From Candidatus Woesearchaeota archaeon (GTDB taxonomy: Archaea > Nanobdellota > Nanobdellia > SCGC-AAA011-G17 > PNOQ01), in the NCBI GenBank assembly GCA_018693795.1, contig JABHMJ010000043.1, forward strand, positions 1 to 49,971: DNA of 49,971 nucleotides. The letters run 5' to 3'. The number at the start of each line of letters is the position of its first letter. Positions within the stretch are counted from its first letter, which is position 1. The translations under genes were made by a program, and so were the position numbers. Below the pieces are notes generated by a model, which was not told where the DNA came from, searched no databases, and worked only from the letters and a program-made list of their open reading frames with translations. Shown here piece by piece: positions 30,572 through 38,809 of the stretch.

Positions 30572-31297
30572 TTGAGAATTTATATTAGAAAAATGACAAT
30601 AATGGCTACTAAAAGGAATACTAGAAGAAATAAAAGAGGGGCAATGGCGGCTTTATCTTTAATAGCATTAGTTACAATGCCCCCTCATATGCAACCTCAA
30701 GAACAAACAATTCCTTATCCAGAAATACAATATGAAATTCCAGAAGAACCATTAATTTTCTCTGAGAATGAACAGAAAGTAATACAATTTCCATTAATTC
30801 CAACTATTGAAGTAAATCCAAAATTAGAAATTTATAGAGATTTAATAAAAGAAAAATCTGAGAAATATGGTTTTGAAGCAGATTACGTTGCAAGAATTAT
30901 ATGGCAAGAATCAAGAGGAGATTCAACTGCAGTTTCAAAAGCAGGAGCAATAGGGTTAGTACAATTAATGCCAAAAAACATAGATAGATACAAGGTTAAT
31001 AATCCAAATAATCCTGAAGAAAATTTAGAAGCAGGATTACAACATTTAAGATGGTTAACAGATAAATTTGGTGGAGACCATGAACAAGGTTTAGCAGCAT
31101 ATAATGTTGGTCAAAGACATGTAATAAAGGCATTAAAACCAAAATCTGGAAAATTAGAAAAAATACCATTATATGGGGGAAAACCTGTTAATGGAAAAAC
31201 TCATTACAATTGGACTTGGCATAATTATGAATTAAGAACAGAAAGATTACCTAAAGAAACAAGAAAATACATCGATACAATAATGGAAAATGAATAA
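30572..31297 (+). CDS. Lytic transglycosylase (SLT domain) with N-terminal anchor
   Basis: IIWQESRG...AVSKAGAIGLVQLMP, ENLEAG..HL, LAAYNVG, PKETRKYI. Start likely ATG at 30593 or 30602. Confidence 0.9.
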   Translation: MRIYIRKMTIMATKRNTRRNKRGAMAALSLIALVTMPPHMQPQEQTIPYPEIQYEIPEEPLIFSENEQKVIQFPLIPTIEVNPKLEIYRDLIKEKSEKYGFEADYVARIIWQESRGDSTAVSKAGAIGLVQLMPKNIDRYKVNNPNNPEENLEAGLQHLRWLTDKFGGDHEQGLAAYNVGQRHVIKALKPKSGKLEKIPLYGGKPVNGKTHYNWTWHNYELRTERLPKETRKYIDTIMENE

Positions 31298-31628
31298 AGT
31301 AGGAAAAACATTATGGGCATTGTTAGGAACAGCTTATGTTGCTGGAACAATTGTAAAAAATGTAGAATTATACAAAGAAAAAATAAATCCTTTAGAAAAT
31401 GAATTTAGGCAAATTTGTGAAGAAGTTGTTGAAGAATATGGAATTCCAATTCCAACCGAAGTTTTAAATTCAAAAAATGGGCCACTAAATGATCTTGTAG
31501 CTCAAAGAGAACAACTTATTAAAGAATACAATGCAAAAGATCGGGGTTCATCTTGGTTTTTAAAATATTATGGTGCCGATTTAGAAACAGGAATTTATTT
31601 GTGGCATCCATTTCATAAAATTGATTAA
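31290..31628 (+). CDS. Hypothetical protein overlapping the SLT gene
   Basis: 112-aa ORF with N-terminal hydrophobic segment. Confidence 0.6.
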   Translation: MNKVGKTLWALLGTAYVAGTIVKNVELYKEKINPLENEFRQICEEVVEEYGIPIPTEVLNSKNGPLNDLVAQREQLIKEYNAKDRGSSWFLKYYGADLETGIYLWHPFHKID

Positions 31629-31903
31629 TCATCAACAGTAAATAATCTACTATCATGAACATCAAAAACATTACTTCTCGCACCAGCATCCAACCAACCA
31701 TGTGCATAATTTAAAGCAGCAAATGCATTCACAAAATCTTTCTTTTCATAAAAATGCTTAGCATCACTAATATATCTAGAAATCATATCAATAAAATCAT
31801 TAAAATATTCATAATTAGAACCTTTATTATCTTTAGCTAATTTTAAAGCCTCTTCACTAACAGAGAAATATTTCAAAAGTTTTTCTTCAGTTATATTATT
31901 CAT
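31625..31903 (-). CDS. DUF357 family protein
   Basis: RYISDAKHF...D.VNAFAALNYAHGWLDAGAR. Confidence 0.88.
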   Translation of the reverse strand: MNNITEEKLLKYFSVSEEALKLAKDNKGSNYEYFNDFIDMISRYISDAKHFYEKKDFVNAFAALNYAHGWLDAGARSNVFDVHDSRLFTVDD

Positions 31904-31924
31904 AATAAAAAAAATAAGAAGAAA

Positions 31925-32383
31925 TTATTCTTCTTTTTCTTCCTCAGCAGCTTTTTCAGCTGGTTCTTCAGTTGCTTCTTCTTCAGGAGCCTCTTTAGTT
32001 TCTTCAGCCGGTTCTTCAGTTTCTTCAGTTGCTTCTTCTTCAGAAGTTTCTTCTTCTTTAGCTGGTTTTTCTTCAGCATCTTCAGAAGTTTCTTCTTCAT
32101 TAGGAGCATCTTCTTCTCCACCGAATTCTTCTACTTTAGTTTCAGCAACTTCTTCGTTTGCTTCTTCTAAATCAGTTCTTTCACTGCCTTTTTTAAGTAA
32201 TTGTACATTTACGGCTTGTTTTCCTTTGTCTGTTTCTGTTGCCTCAAATGAAACTTGATCATTTTCTCTCAAAAATACTCTTTTGTCTAGAGCTGTATGA
32301 TGTAAGAAATAATCTTCTCCGTCTTCGCCTTTTACGAATCCGTACCCTTTCCTGATGTTATACCATTTTACTGTTCCTTCCAT
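31925..32383 (-). CDS. Cold-shock domain protein with long acidic tail
   Basis: GTVKWYN..KGYGFV...DYFLHHT...GKQAVNV; GGAGG SD; E-rich repeats. Confidence 0.9.
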   Translation of the reverse strand: MEGTVKWYNIRKGYGFVKGEDGEDYFLHHTALDKRVFLRENDQVSFEATETDKGKQAVNVQLLKKGSERTDLEEANEEVAETKVEEFGGEEDAPNEEETSEDAEEKPAKEEETSEEEATEETEEPAEETKEAPEEEATEEPAEKAAEEEKEE

Positions 32384-32524
32384 TTTTGCCTCCTAATGTC
32401 GGTATTGTTATGCTTTTTTAACAATTAATCCATTTATAAATGTTTGGATGGATAACTACTGAAAATGCAAACTATATTTTTTCTTAGGTAAATGATTATA
32501 AAGTGAGATAGAATCAAAAAACTA

Positions 32525-33421
32525 ATGAGTCAAAATTATGAAAAAGTAGAAAGAGTGACAGTTCCAGCATTAGAAGAAATTTTAGGGAAAAAATTCAACA
32601 TTTTAAATGATGGATTTATTCGAGTAGTAGATTATATGGGTGGAGACTCTTCAATTGTACAAGCTGCAAGAGTAAGTTATGGGGCTGGAACGAAAAAAGT
32701 ATCAGAAGATAGAGGATTAATAAGGTATTTGCTAAAACATAGACACACCACTCCATTTGAAATGGCAGATTTAAAACTACATGTAAGAGTTCCAATGGAT
32801 GCTTGGAGACAATGGATAAGGCATAGGACTGCATCAGTTAATGAAACGTCATCAAGGTATTCCATAGTAACAGATTCTACTCAAACAACAAATCCAAATG
32901 AATGGAGATCACAAGCAAAAGATAACAAACAAGGAAGTGGAGATTATCTCCCAGAAGATTTAGGGAAAAAATTTTCAGCCGAAGAAGAAGATATACATAA
33001 AATTCTTTTTGATTCTTATAACGAAAAAATAGATGCTGGAGTAGCTAAAGAGCAAGCAAGAAAAGATTTACCCCTTTGCACTTACACAGAAGCATATTGG
33101 AAAATGGATTTACACAATTTATTAAATTTTCTTAGATTAAGAATGGATTCTCACGCTCAAAAAGAAATTAGAGAATATGCCACAGTAATTGGTGAAGAAA
33201 TTGTTAGCAAATGGGTTCCACATACTTGGGAAGCTTTTAATGATTATTCTTTAAATTCAATGCACTTATCTAGAATGGATAAAGAAGCATTAAATCTTAT
33301 TGTAACTGGAAATTATGATAAAAATAGCCCAGAAGTTAGGGAAGTATTTGGAGTAAAACCTGGGAAAAAAAGTAGAGAACATAACGAATTCATATCAAAA
33401 TTAGAAACATTATTTGATTAA
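32525..33421 (+). CDS. thyX: FAD-dependent thymidylate synthase
   Basis: AARVSY, HTTPFE, RQWIRHRTASVNETSSRY, HAQKEIREYA. Confidence 0.95.
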   Translation: MSQNYEKVERVTVPALEEILGKKFNILNDGFIRVVDYMGGDSSIVQAARVSYGAGTKKVSEDRGLIRYLLKHRHTTPFEMADLKLHVRVPMDAWRQWIRHRTASVNETSSRYSIVTDSTQTTNPNEWRSQAKDNKQGSGDYLPEDLGKKFSAEEEDIHKILFDSYNEKIDAGVAKEQARKDLPLCTYTEAYWKMDLHNLLNFLRLRMDSHAQKEIREYATVIGEEIVSKWVPHTWEAFNDYSLNSMHLSRMDKEALNLIVTGNYDKNSPEVREVFGVKPGKKSREHNEFISKLETLFD

Positions 33422-34120
33422 AGCACTAACAATACTATAAACCTCATCAGAAATATTTTCAGGAGTTCTAAGACTATCAATTGTTCCATCTGGTGCACAA
33501 TCAATTCTATGCCATCCTTCTGGATATGATTCTAACATATGTAAATAAGATAATTCTGCACGTTCCATATGTCCCAAATTACTTTCATGTCCATCTAGTT
33601 TTTCTCCATTTGCATTAGCCCTAAGATCTCTAAGTTGCATAGAAACTCCCATTGGCATATATAAAAATAATTTTATATTTGGTTTTGGCAAATTTAGCAT
33701 TTCATATTCTAAATTACTAATCCAATCAAACATTTCATATCTTTCAGCAGAATCCCAAATTTTTCCACCCTGGTGCCCCATATTCGATTCAACCCATCTA
33801 TCCAATATAGGAATTTTTCCTTCTTCGACCATATTTTCAATTCTAGAGGCAGAAGCAAATCTATCTGCAGCATAATATAAACAAGCTAATTTAGGATCTA
33901 CTTTATCTGCGTCTCCTAATATTGCCGTAGCATTTTCTCCAAGACCTAAATCTTTTCCTAAATAACACTGGCCAACAATTTTTCCAGTAGGAGTATCATA
34001 AGCAGGAATATTTATTCTTTCAGCAGGGATTCTAGCAAAATTAAGTCTACTTTCTAATAATTTAGATTGCGTTTCTTTTCCTGATCCATCTGTACCTTCA
34101 ACAAGAATAATATTTGACAT
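33410..34120 (-). CDS. tmk: Thymidylate kinase
   Basis: EGTDGSGKETQ, LYYAADR, ILDRWVESN..HQ. Confidence 0.9.
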   Translation of the reverse strand: MSNIILVEGTDGSGKETQSKLLESRLNFARIPAERINIPAYDTPTGKIVGQCYLGKDLGLGENATAILGDADKVDPKLACLYYAADRFASASRIENMVEEGKIPILDRWVESNMGHQGGKIWDSAERYEMFDWISNLEYEMLNLPKPNIKLFLYMPMGVSMQLRDLRANANGEKLDGHESNLGHMERAELSYLHMLESYPEGWHRIDCAPDGTIDSLRTPENISDEVYSIVSALIK

Positions 34121-34201
34121 CTAAATCTAAACAACTAAAGAATATAAAAACATTAACAAGATAAAAAATAAATTTCATAAAATATATATTTGAAAATTAA
34201 A

Positions 34202-34310
34202 GTGCCAACGCCATAGAAAAATCCCGAAAGATGAATCAAAAGCGCTGACACAACACACAATCCACAAAGAAGTTACTCCGAAGAGCAAAATCAATGAAAA
34301 AAGTGCATAC
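34202..34310 (-). ncRNA. Candidate novel ncRNA B: two UUCG-capped rod hairpins (34308-34253 and 34251-34202)
   Basis: Stems of 26 and 23 positions with no bulges, many G.U pairs and only pyrimidine-pyrimidine mismatches; upstream TATA and downstream T-rich tract. Confidence 0.75.
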
Positions 34311-34325
34311 CCAACATAAAAAAAT

Positions 34326-34342
34326 GAATATATAAGTTTTTC
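34326..34342 (-). promoter_or_regulatory. BRE/TATA promoter for ncRNA B
   Basis: Minus strand GAAAAACTTATATAT; TATA begins about 27 nt before hairpin 1. Confidence 0.65.
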
Positions 34343-34388
34343 TTTTTACATAATAATTTGTCATTTCTTAATTTCATTAGAAATATTA

Positions 34389-34487
34389 GGTGTACGAACA
34401 CAAGGAAAAACCCGAAAGCTTAACCAAGTGAAAGTACGTGCACAAGACAAGAGAAATCCCGAAAGACAACTCAAATCAAGTACACAC
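34389..34487 (-). ncRNA. Candidate novel ncRNA A: two UUCG-capped rod hairpins (34485-34438 and 34437-34392)
   Basis: Stems of 22 and 21 positions, no bulges, three U-rich mismatch blocks in each. Confidence 0.75.
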
Positions 34488-34503
34488 TTATCATATATCT
34501 CGC

Positions 34504-34518
34504 ATATATAAACTTTTC
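34504..34518 (-). promoter_or_regulatory. BRE/TATA promoter for ncRNA A
   Basis: Minus strand GAAAAGTTTATATAT; TATA begins 27 nt before hairpin 1. Confidence 0.65.
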
Positions 34519-34541
34519 TATTCTCGAAAATCACTAATAAA

Positions 34542-36440
34542 TTATGCCAAATTTTCTTTAATTTTTTTAACAGAATCAGGATTAACTAATGTACTAACAT
34601 TTTTTATTTCTTTTCCAGATAACAAACCTTTCAAAATTCTTCTCATTATTTTTCCAGATCTAGTTTTTGGCAAATCTTCAACAAAATAAATTTCTTTCAA
34701 GGTAGCAATTGGTCCAATTCTTTTTCTAACATCTTGAATTAAATTCTTTTTTAGTTCATCACTAGGTTTTCCTTTTTCCAAAACAACAAAAGCAACCGGA
34801 ACTTCCCCACGAATTTTATCTGGAACTGGAACCACAGCAGCTTCATTTACATATTCATCATCATCCAATGCATTTTCCATTTCAGCTGTACTTAATCTAT
34901 GTCCAGCAACTTTAATCACATCATCAACTCTTCCAACTAATCTAATATTCCCATCTTTATCCATAAATGCACCATCACTAGTATCATATTTATCTTTAAA
35001 TTTAGACCAATAAGTTTCTTTGTATCTTTTTTCGTTTCTAAAAACTCCCCTTAACATTCCAGGAGCAAAAGGAGATAATTGAACTAAATGTCCAGTTTTT
35101 CCAGTTTTTACTTTATTACCTTTATCATTAACAATAGCCATATTTATCCCAGGAAAAGCTTTTCCAGCATAACTTGGAATAAATGGTCCAACTCCAGGCA
35201 GAGCATTAATTACATTTGCTCCCGTTTCAGTTTGCCACCAAGTATCTATTATTGGTAGTTTTGATTTCCCAATATTTTTAAAATACCAATTCCACGCATC
35301 TTCATCAATTGGTTCACCAACAGTACCTAAAATTTCTAATGAATCTAAATTATATTTCTTAACATATTTATCTCCATATTTCATAAACAATCTAATTGCA
35401 GTTGGAGCGGTGTAAAAAACATTTACTTTATTATCTTGAATAATTTCCCACCATCTCCCAAAATTAGGATAATCTGGGGAACCTTCATAAATTAATAGTG
35501 TGTTCCCTAAAGATAAAGGACCATAACATGAATAAGTATGTCCTGTAATCCAACCAACATCAGCTGTACACCACATTAAATCATTTTCGTGTAAATTAAA
35601 ATTAAATTTGCTTGTTGTATAAGCTTGTGTTAGATATCCTCCAGTATCATGAATAATACCTTTTGGTTTTCCTGTAGTTCCACTCGTGTATAAAATAAAT
35701 AAAGGATCTTCAGAATTCATCACTTCTGGTTTACATTCTGAGCTTTCTTTTCTTATTTCTTTTTTGTAATTAATAAAATCACTTGGTATTCTTTTTGCTA
35801 ATCTAGGTATTACAATAACTTTCTTTAATTTAGTTCCTTCAATTGCAATTTTTACTTTATCTAATAAATAAACTTCCTCTCCTTTCCTATAATGTCCATT
35901 TGCAGTGATTAATACTTTTGATTTCCCATCAATTATTCTTGATTTCAAAGCCTCTTCTGAAAAAGCTGAAAAAACAATAGAATGTATTGCTCCAATTCTT
36001 GCACAAGCTAACATTGCAAAAATAACTTCTGGAATCATTGGAAGGTAAATAGTTACAACATCACCTTTCTTAACTTTTAATTTTTTTAGTAGGTTGGCGA
36101 ATCTTGAAACTTCTTCTTGTAGTTCTTTGTAAGAAATTTCTACTTTCTTTTGATTATGAGGTTCTGGAATCCATACTATCGCTGTTTTGTTTTTATTTAC
36201 ATGCCTATCAATACAATTTACTGAAGCATTTATTTTCCCTTCTTTAAACCATTTAAAATAAGGAAGTTTTTCTTCGTACGCTGTTTTCCAAGGTTTTATC
36301 CATTGGAGGTTCTTAGCTTGTTCTTCCCAGAATTTAATTTTATCTTTTTTGTAGATTTTGTCGTCTTTAATCCAAGCTATACTTTTCATTTCTTGACTTG
36401 GCCAATACTTATTTCCTTTTTTTGTTACGAAATTTTTCAA
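34542..36440 (-). CDS. acs: Acetyl-CoA synthetase (AMP-forming)
   Basis: LYTSGTTGKPKG, WCTADVGWITGH, DTWWQTETG, LPKTRSGKIMRR. Confidence 0.95.
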   Translation of the reverse strand: MKNFVTKKGNKYWPSQEMKSIAWIKDDKIYKKDKIKFWEEQAKNLQWIKPWKTAYEEKLPYFKWFKEGKINASVNCIDRHVNKNKTAIVWIPEPHNQKKVEISYKELQEEVSRFANLLKKLKVKKGDVVTIYLPMIPEVIFAMLACARIGAIHSIVFSAFSEEALKSRIIDGKSKVLITANGHYRKGEEVYLLDKVKIAIEGTKLKKVIVIPRLAKRIPSDFINYKKEIRKESSECKPEVMNSEDPLFILYTSGTTGKPKGIIHDTGGYLTQAYTTSKFNFNLHENDLMWCTADVGWITGHTYSCYGPLSLGNTLLIYEGSPDYPNFGRWWEIIQDNKVNVFYTAPTAIRLFMKYGDKYVKKYNLDSLEILGTVGEPIDEDAWNWYFKNIGKSKLPIIDTWWQTETGANVINALPGVGPFIPSYAGKAFPGINMAIVNDKGNKVKTGKTGHLVQLSPFAPGMLRGVFRNEKRYKETYWSKFKDKYDTSDGAFMDKDGNIRLVGRVDDVIKVAGHRLSTAEMENALDDDEYVNEAAVVPVPDKIRGEVPVAFVVLEKGKPSDELKKNLIQDVRKRIGPIATLKEIYFVEDLPKTRSGKIMRRILKGLLSGKEIKNVSTLVNPDSVKKIKENLA

Positions 36441-36504
36441 TTAATTTACTTTTGTTTTGTATGTTTAAATATGTTTTGCAAACATTTTTGTAATTTAACA
36501 ATAT

Positions 36505-38367
36505 TCAACCAAAAATAACAAACAAAAGAGAAATTATAGCAATCAACTTAATCAAAATATTCAAAGCAGGACCAGAACAATCTTTCAAAGGATCTCCCAC
36601 TCCATCACCAACAACCGAATTCTTATGAACCTTAGTACCATAACGATCAACCTCAACCAATTTCTTAGCATTATCCAAAGAACCACCAGCATTAGCCATA
36701 AAGATAGAAAGTAAAAAAGACGAAACAACAGCACCAGCAATCAAACTACCTAAAACACTAACACCCAATAACAACCCAACTAAAACAACCAATACAACAA
36801 CAAAAGATACAGAAATCATCATATAATAAATAGAACTTTTAGTTGCAATTCTAACCGGAGTTAAATAATCTAACTTCTTAGAACGAAACTGAGAACGAAC
36901 ATTAGTAACAATCTTAGAAGAAGTCTTACCAACTGCACTAATAACTAAAGACGAAAAGAAAAACGGAATAAATCCACCAACAAACAATGCAGCCATATTC
37001 TTAACATTCAATAAATCAATAACATCAACTTCCGCGATTAAAATAAAACTAGCTAATAATGTTAAAACTGTCAAAGCAGCAGAAGATATAGTAAATCCTT
37101 TTCCAATAGCAGCAGTTGTATTACCTAATGAATCCAACTTAGAACAATTAACTTTAGATTTCTTAGACAATTCAGCAATACCAGAAGCATTATCAGTTAT
37201 TGAACCAAATATGGTAGATGCTAAAACAACACCCATAATACTTAACATACTAACAGCAGATATAGCAATCCCCAATAATTCTAAGGAAGAATAAGATAAA
37301 ACCATAACTAAACTAATAACAATAATAGGGATAACAGTAGATAATAATCCATTAGATAATCCTGCCAAAACATTCAATGCAGCCCCACTCTCAGCAGCTT
37401 TAGCTATATTTCTAGTAGGAGAAAACTTAGAAGAAGTAAAATAAAATACACTAAACCCGATTAATATCCCTCCAACTAAACCATACAAAATAGGTAAAAT
37501 ATATGAAAACAATAACAAATAAGATAAACCTAAAATAAACACTCCAGAAACTAATAAAGAACCTAAAATTGCAACATTAGAATTTTTATGTTGAACAACT
37601 AAAATAGAAACTAAACAAGAAATAATCCCAATACTAACTAATATTAATGGAACATTTAAATCCAAACCTAAAGCAAACAACATAACCATTGTTGCAATAA
37701 TAGAAGCAACATAACTCTCAAATAAATCAGAAGACATTCCAGCAACATCACCAACATTATCTCCAACTAAATCTGCAATAACTGCAGGATTTTTAGGAGA
37801 ATCTTCTGGCAAACCTTTCTCTATTTTCCCAGTTAAATCAGCACTCAAATCAGCAGACTTAGTAAATATCCCTCCACCAACTCTCATAAACAATGCAACC
37901 AAAGAAGCTCCAAATGCAAATCCATACAATATTTTAGGATCACCAAATACACTTTGTAAAACAATAATAGCAAATAAACCTAAAACCATTGCAAAAATAC
38001 TTGCTTTCAATCCAGATAAATAAGCAATCTTTAATCCAGAATTAACACTTTTCTTACATGCTTCAGTTGTAAAAACATTTGCTTTGGTAGCAGCATTCAT
38101 TCCAACTCTTCCAGCAATCAATGAAAAAAACGCACCACTAAAAAAAGTAATAGCAAAAGCAGAACTAAAATATAAAATAACTAAAGTTAAAACTAAAATC
38201 AAAACAAACAAAATTTTGTATTCTTCTCTCAAAAAAGCCTTAGAACCCTCTCTAATTTTCAAAGAAAAGTCTTTCATAGCTTTACTTCCTGAACTTTTCT
38301 TAGAAATCCAAAAATTAAAAACTACTAAAAACAATATAGAAACAACAAAAGCTATTGATATTATCAT
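36505..38367 (-). CDS. hppA: Membrane-bound ion-pumping pyrophosphatase, short and divergent, K+-dependent signature
   Basis: GGGIFTKSAD..ADL.GK.E...PED, IADLVGDNVGD, GNTTAA, DNAKK, GD.VGDPLKD. Confidence 0.88.
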   Translation of the reverse strand: MIISIAFVVSILFLVVFNFWISKKSSGSKAMKDFSLKIREGSKAFLREEYKILFVLILVLTLVILYFSSAFAITFFSGAFFSLIAGRVGMNAATKANVFTTEACKKSVNSGLKIAYLSGLKASIFAMVLGLFAIIVLQSVFGDPKILYGFAFGASLVALFMRVGGGIFTKSADLSADLTGKIEKGLPEDSPKNPAVIADLVGDNVGDVAGMSSDLFESYVASIIATMVMLFALGLDLNVPLILVSIGIISCLVSILVVQHKNSNVAILGSLLVSGVFILGLSYLLLFSYILPILYGLVGGILIGFSVFYFTSSKFSPTRNIAKAAESGAALNVLAGLSNGLLSTVIPIIVISLVMVLSYSSLELLGIAISAVSMLSIMGVVLASTIFGSITDNASGIAELSKKSKVNCSKLDSLGNTTAAIGKGFTISSAALTVLTLLASFILIAEVDVIDLLNVKNMAALFVGGFIPFFFSSLVISAVGKTSSKIVTNVRSQFRSKKLDYLTPVRIATKSSIYYMMISVSFVVVLVVLVGLLLGVSVLGSLIAGAVVSSFLLSIFMANAGGSLDNAKKLVEVDRYGTKVHKNSVVGDGVGDPLKDCSGPALNILIKLIAIISLLFVIFG

Positions 38368-38416
38368 TAACTTAAATTTTAGATTTTGAGTTTAAATAAG
38401 TTTTGAAAAAGAAAAA

Positions 38417-38707
38417 TTATTCTCTTTCCTTTTTAATCAATCTTTCTATGCTTGCTTTTTCAACAGCTCTATCTTCCTTATCTACAGAATTATCCAAATA
38501 CCATTGAAGAGATGTATATTTTCCATCTGGGTTTTGCACAAGTGCTTGGTCTCTCCCCCATACAACATCCACATACTTTATATTCGGTCCATTCGGTGAT
38601 TCATAAAAACTAACATCATTAATCACAGGGCCATAACATGTATGCACTGCAAAACTAAATCCTAATCCTAAGAGTAAGCCGGCACCAAAATTTTTTACTT
38701 CACTCAT
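38417..38707 (-). CDS. Hypothetical protein with N-terminal TM segment
   Basis: 96-aa ORF with GGAGG SD. Confidence 0.6.
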   Translation of the reverse strand: MSEVKNFGAGLLLGLGFSFAVHTCYGPVINDVSFYESPNGPNIKYVDVVWGRDQALVQNPDGKYTSLQWYLDNSVDKEDRAVEKASIERLIKKERE

Positions 38708-38809
38708 CTTAATTTCCTCCCATTAACATATAAATCAGCAATAATAACCAATTTAAATAATTTCCTATGCGTAAAACTTATATAGAAGAATTCCCGAATT
38801 TAACTAAAA

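Noticed and set aside
29955..31628. Prophage or conjugative element around the SLT gene
   Set aside because: No capsid, terminase, holin or T4SS genes; flanks are archaeal housekeeping genes.
31900..32121. Lys/Leu-rich 73-aa ORF
   Set aside because: Alternative frame of the acidic Csp tail.
34202..34487. Hairpins as a CRISPR array, terminators, H/ACA guides or attC sites
   Set aside because: No identical repeats with spacers and no cas genes. Too long and promoter-led for terminators. No K-turn or K-loop for H/ACA. G.U pairs and UUCG loops point to RNA rather than ssDNA folding.
34438..34689. 83-aa plus-strand ORF
   Set aside because: Antisense to the acs 3' end and to ncRNA A; no protein-like features.
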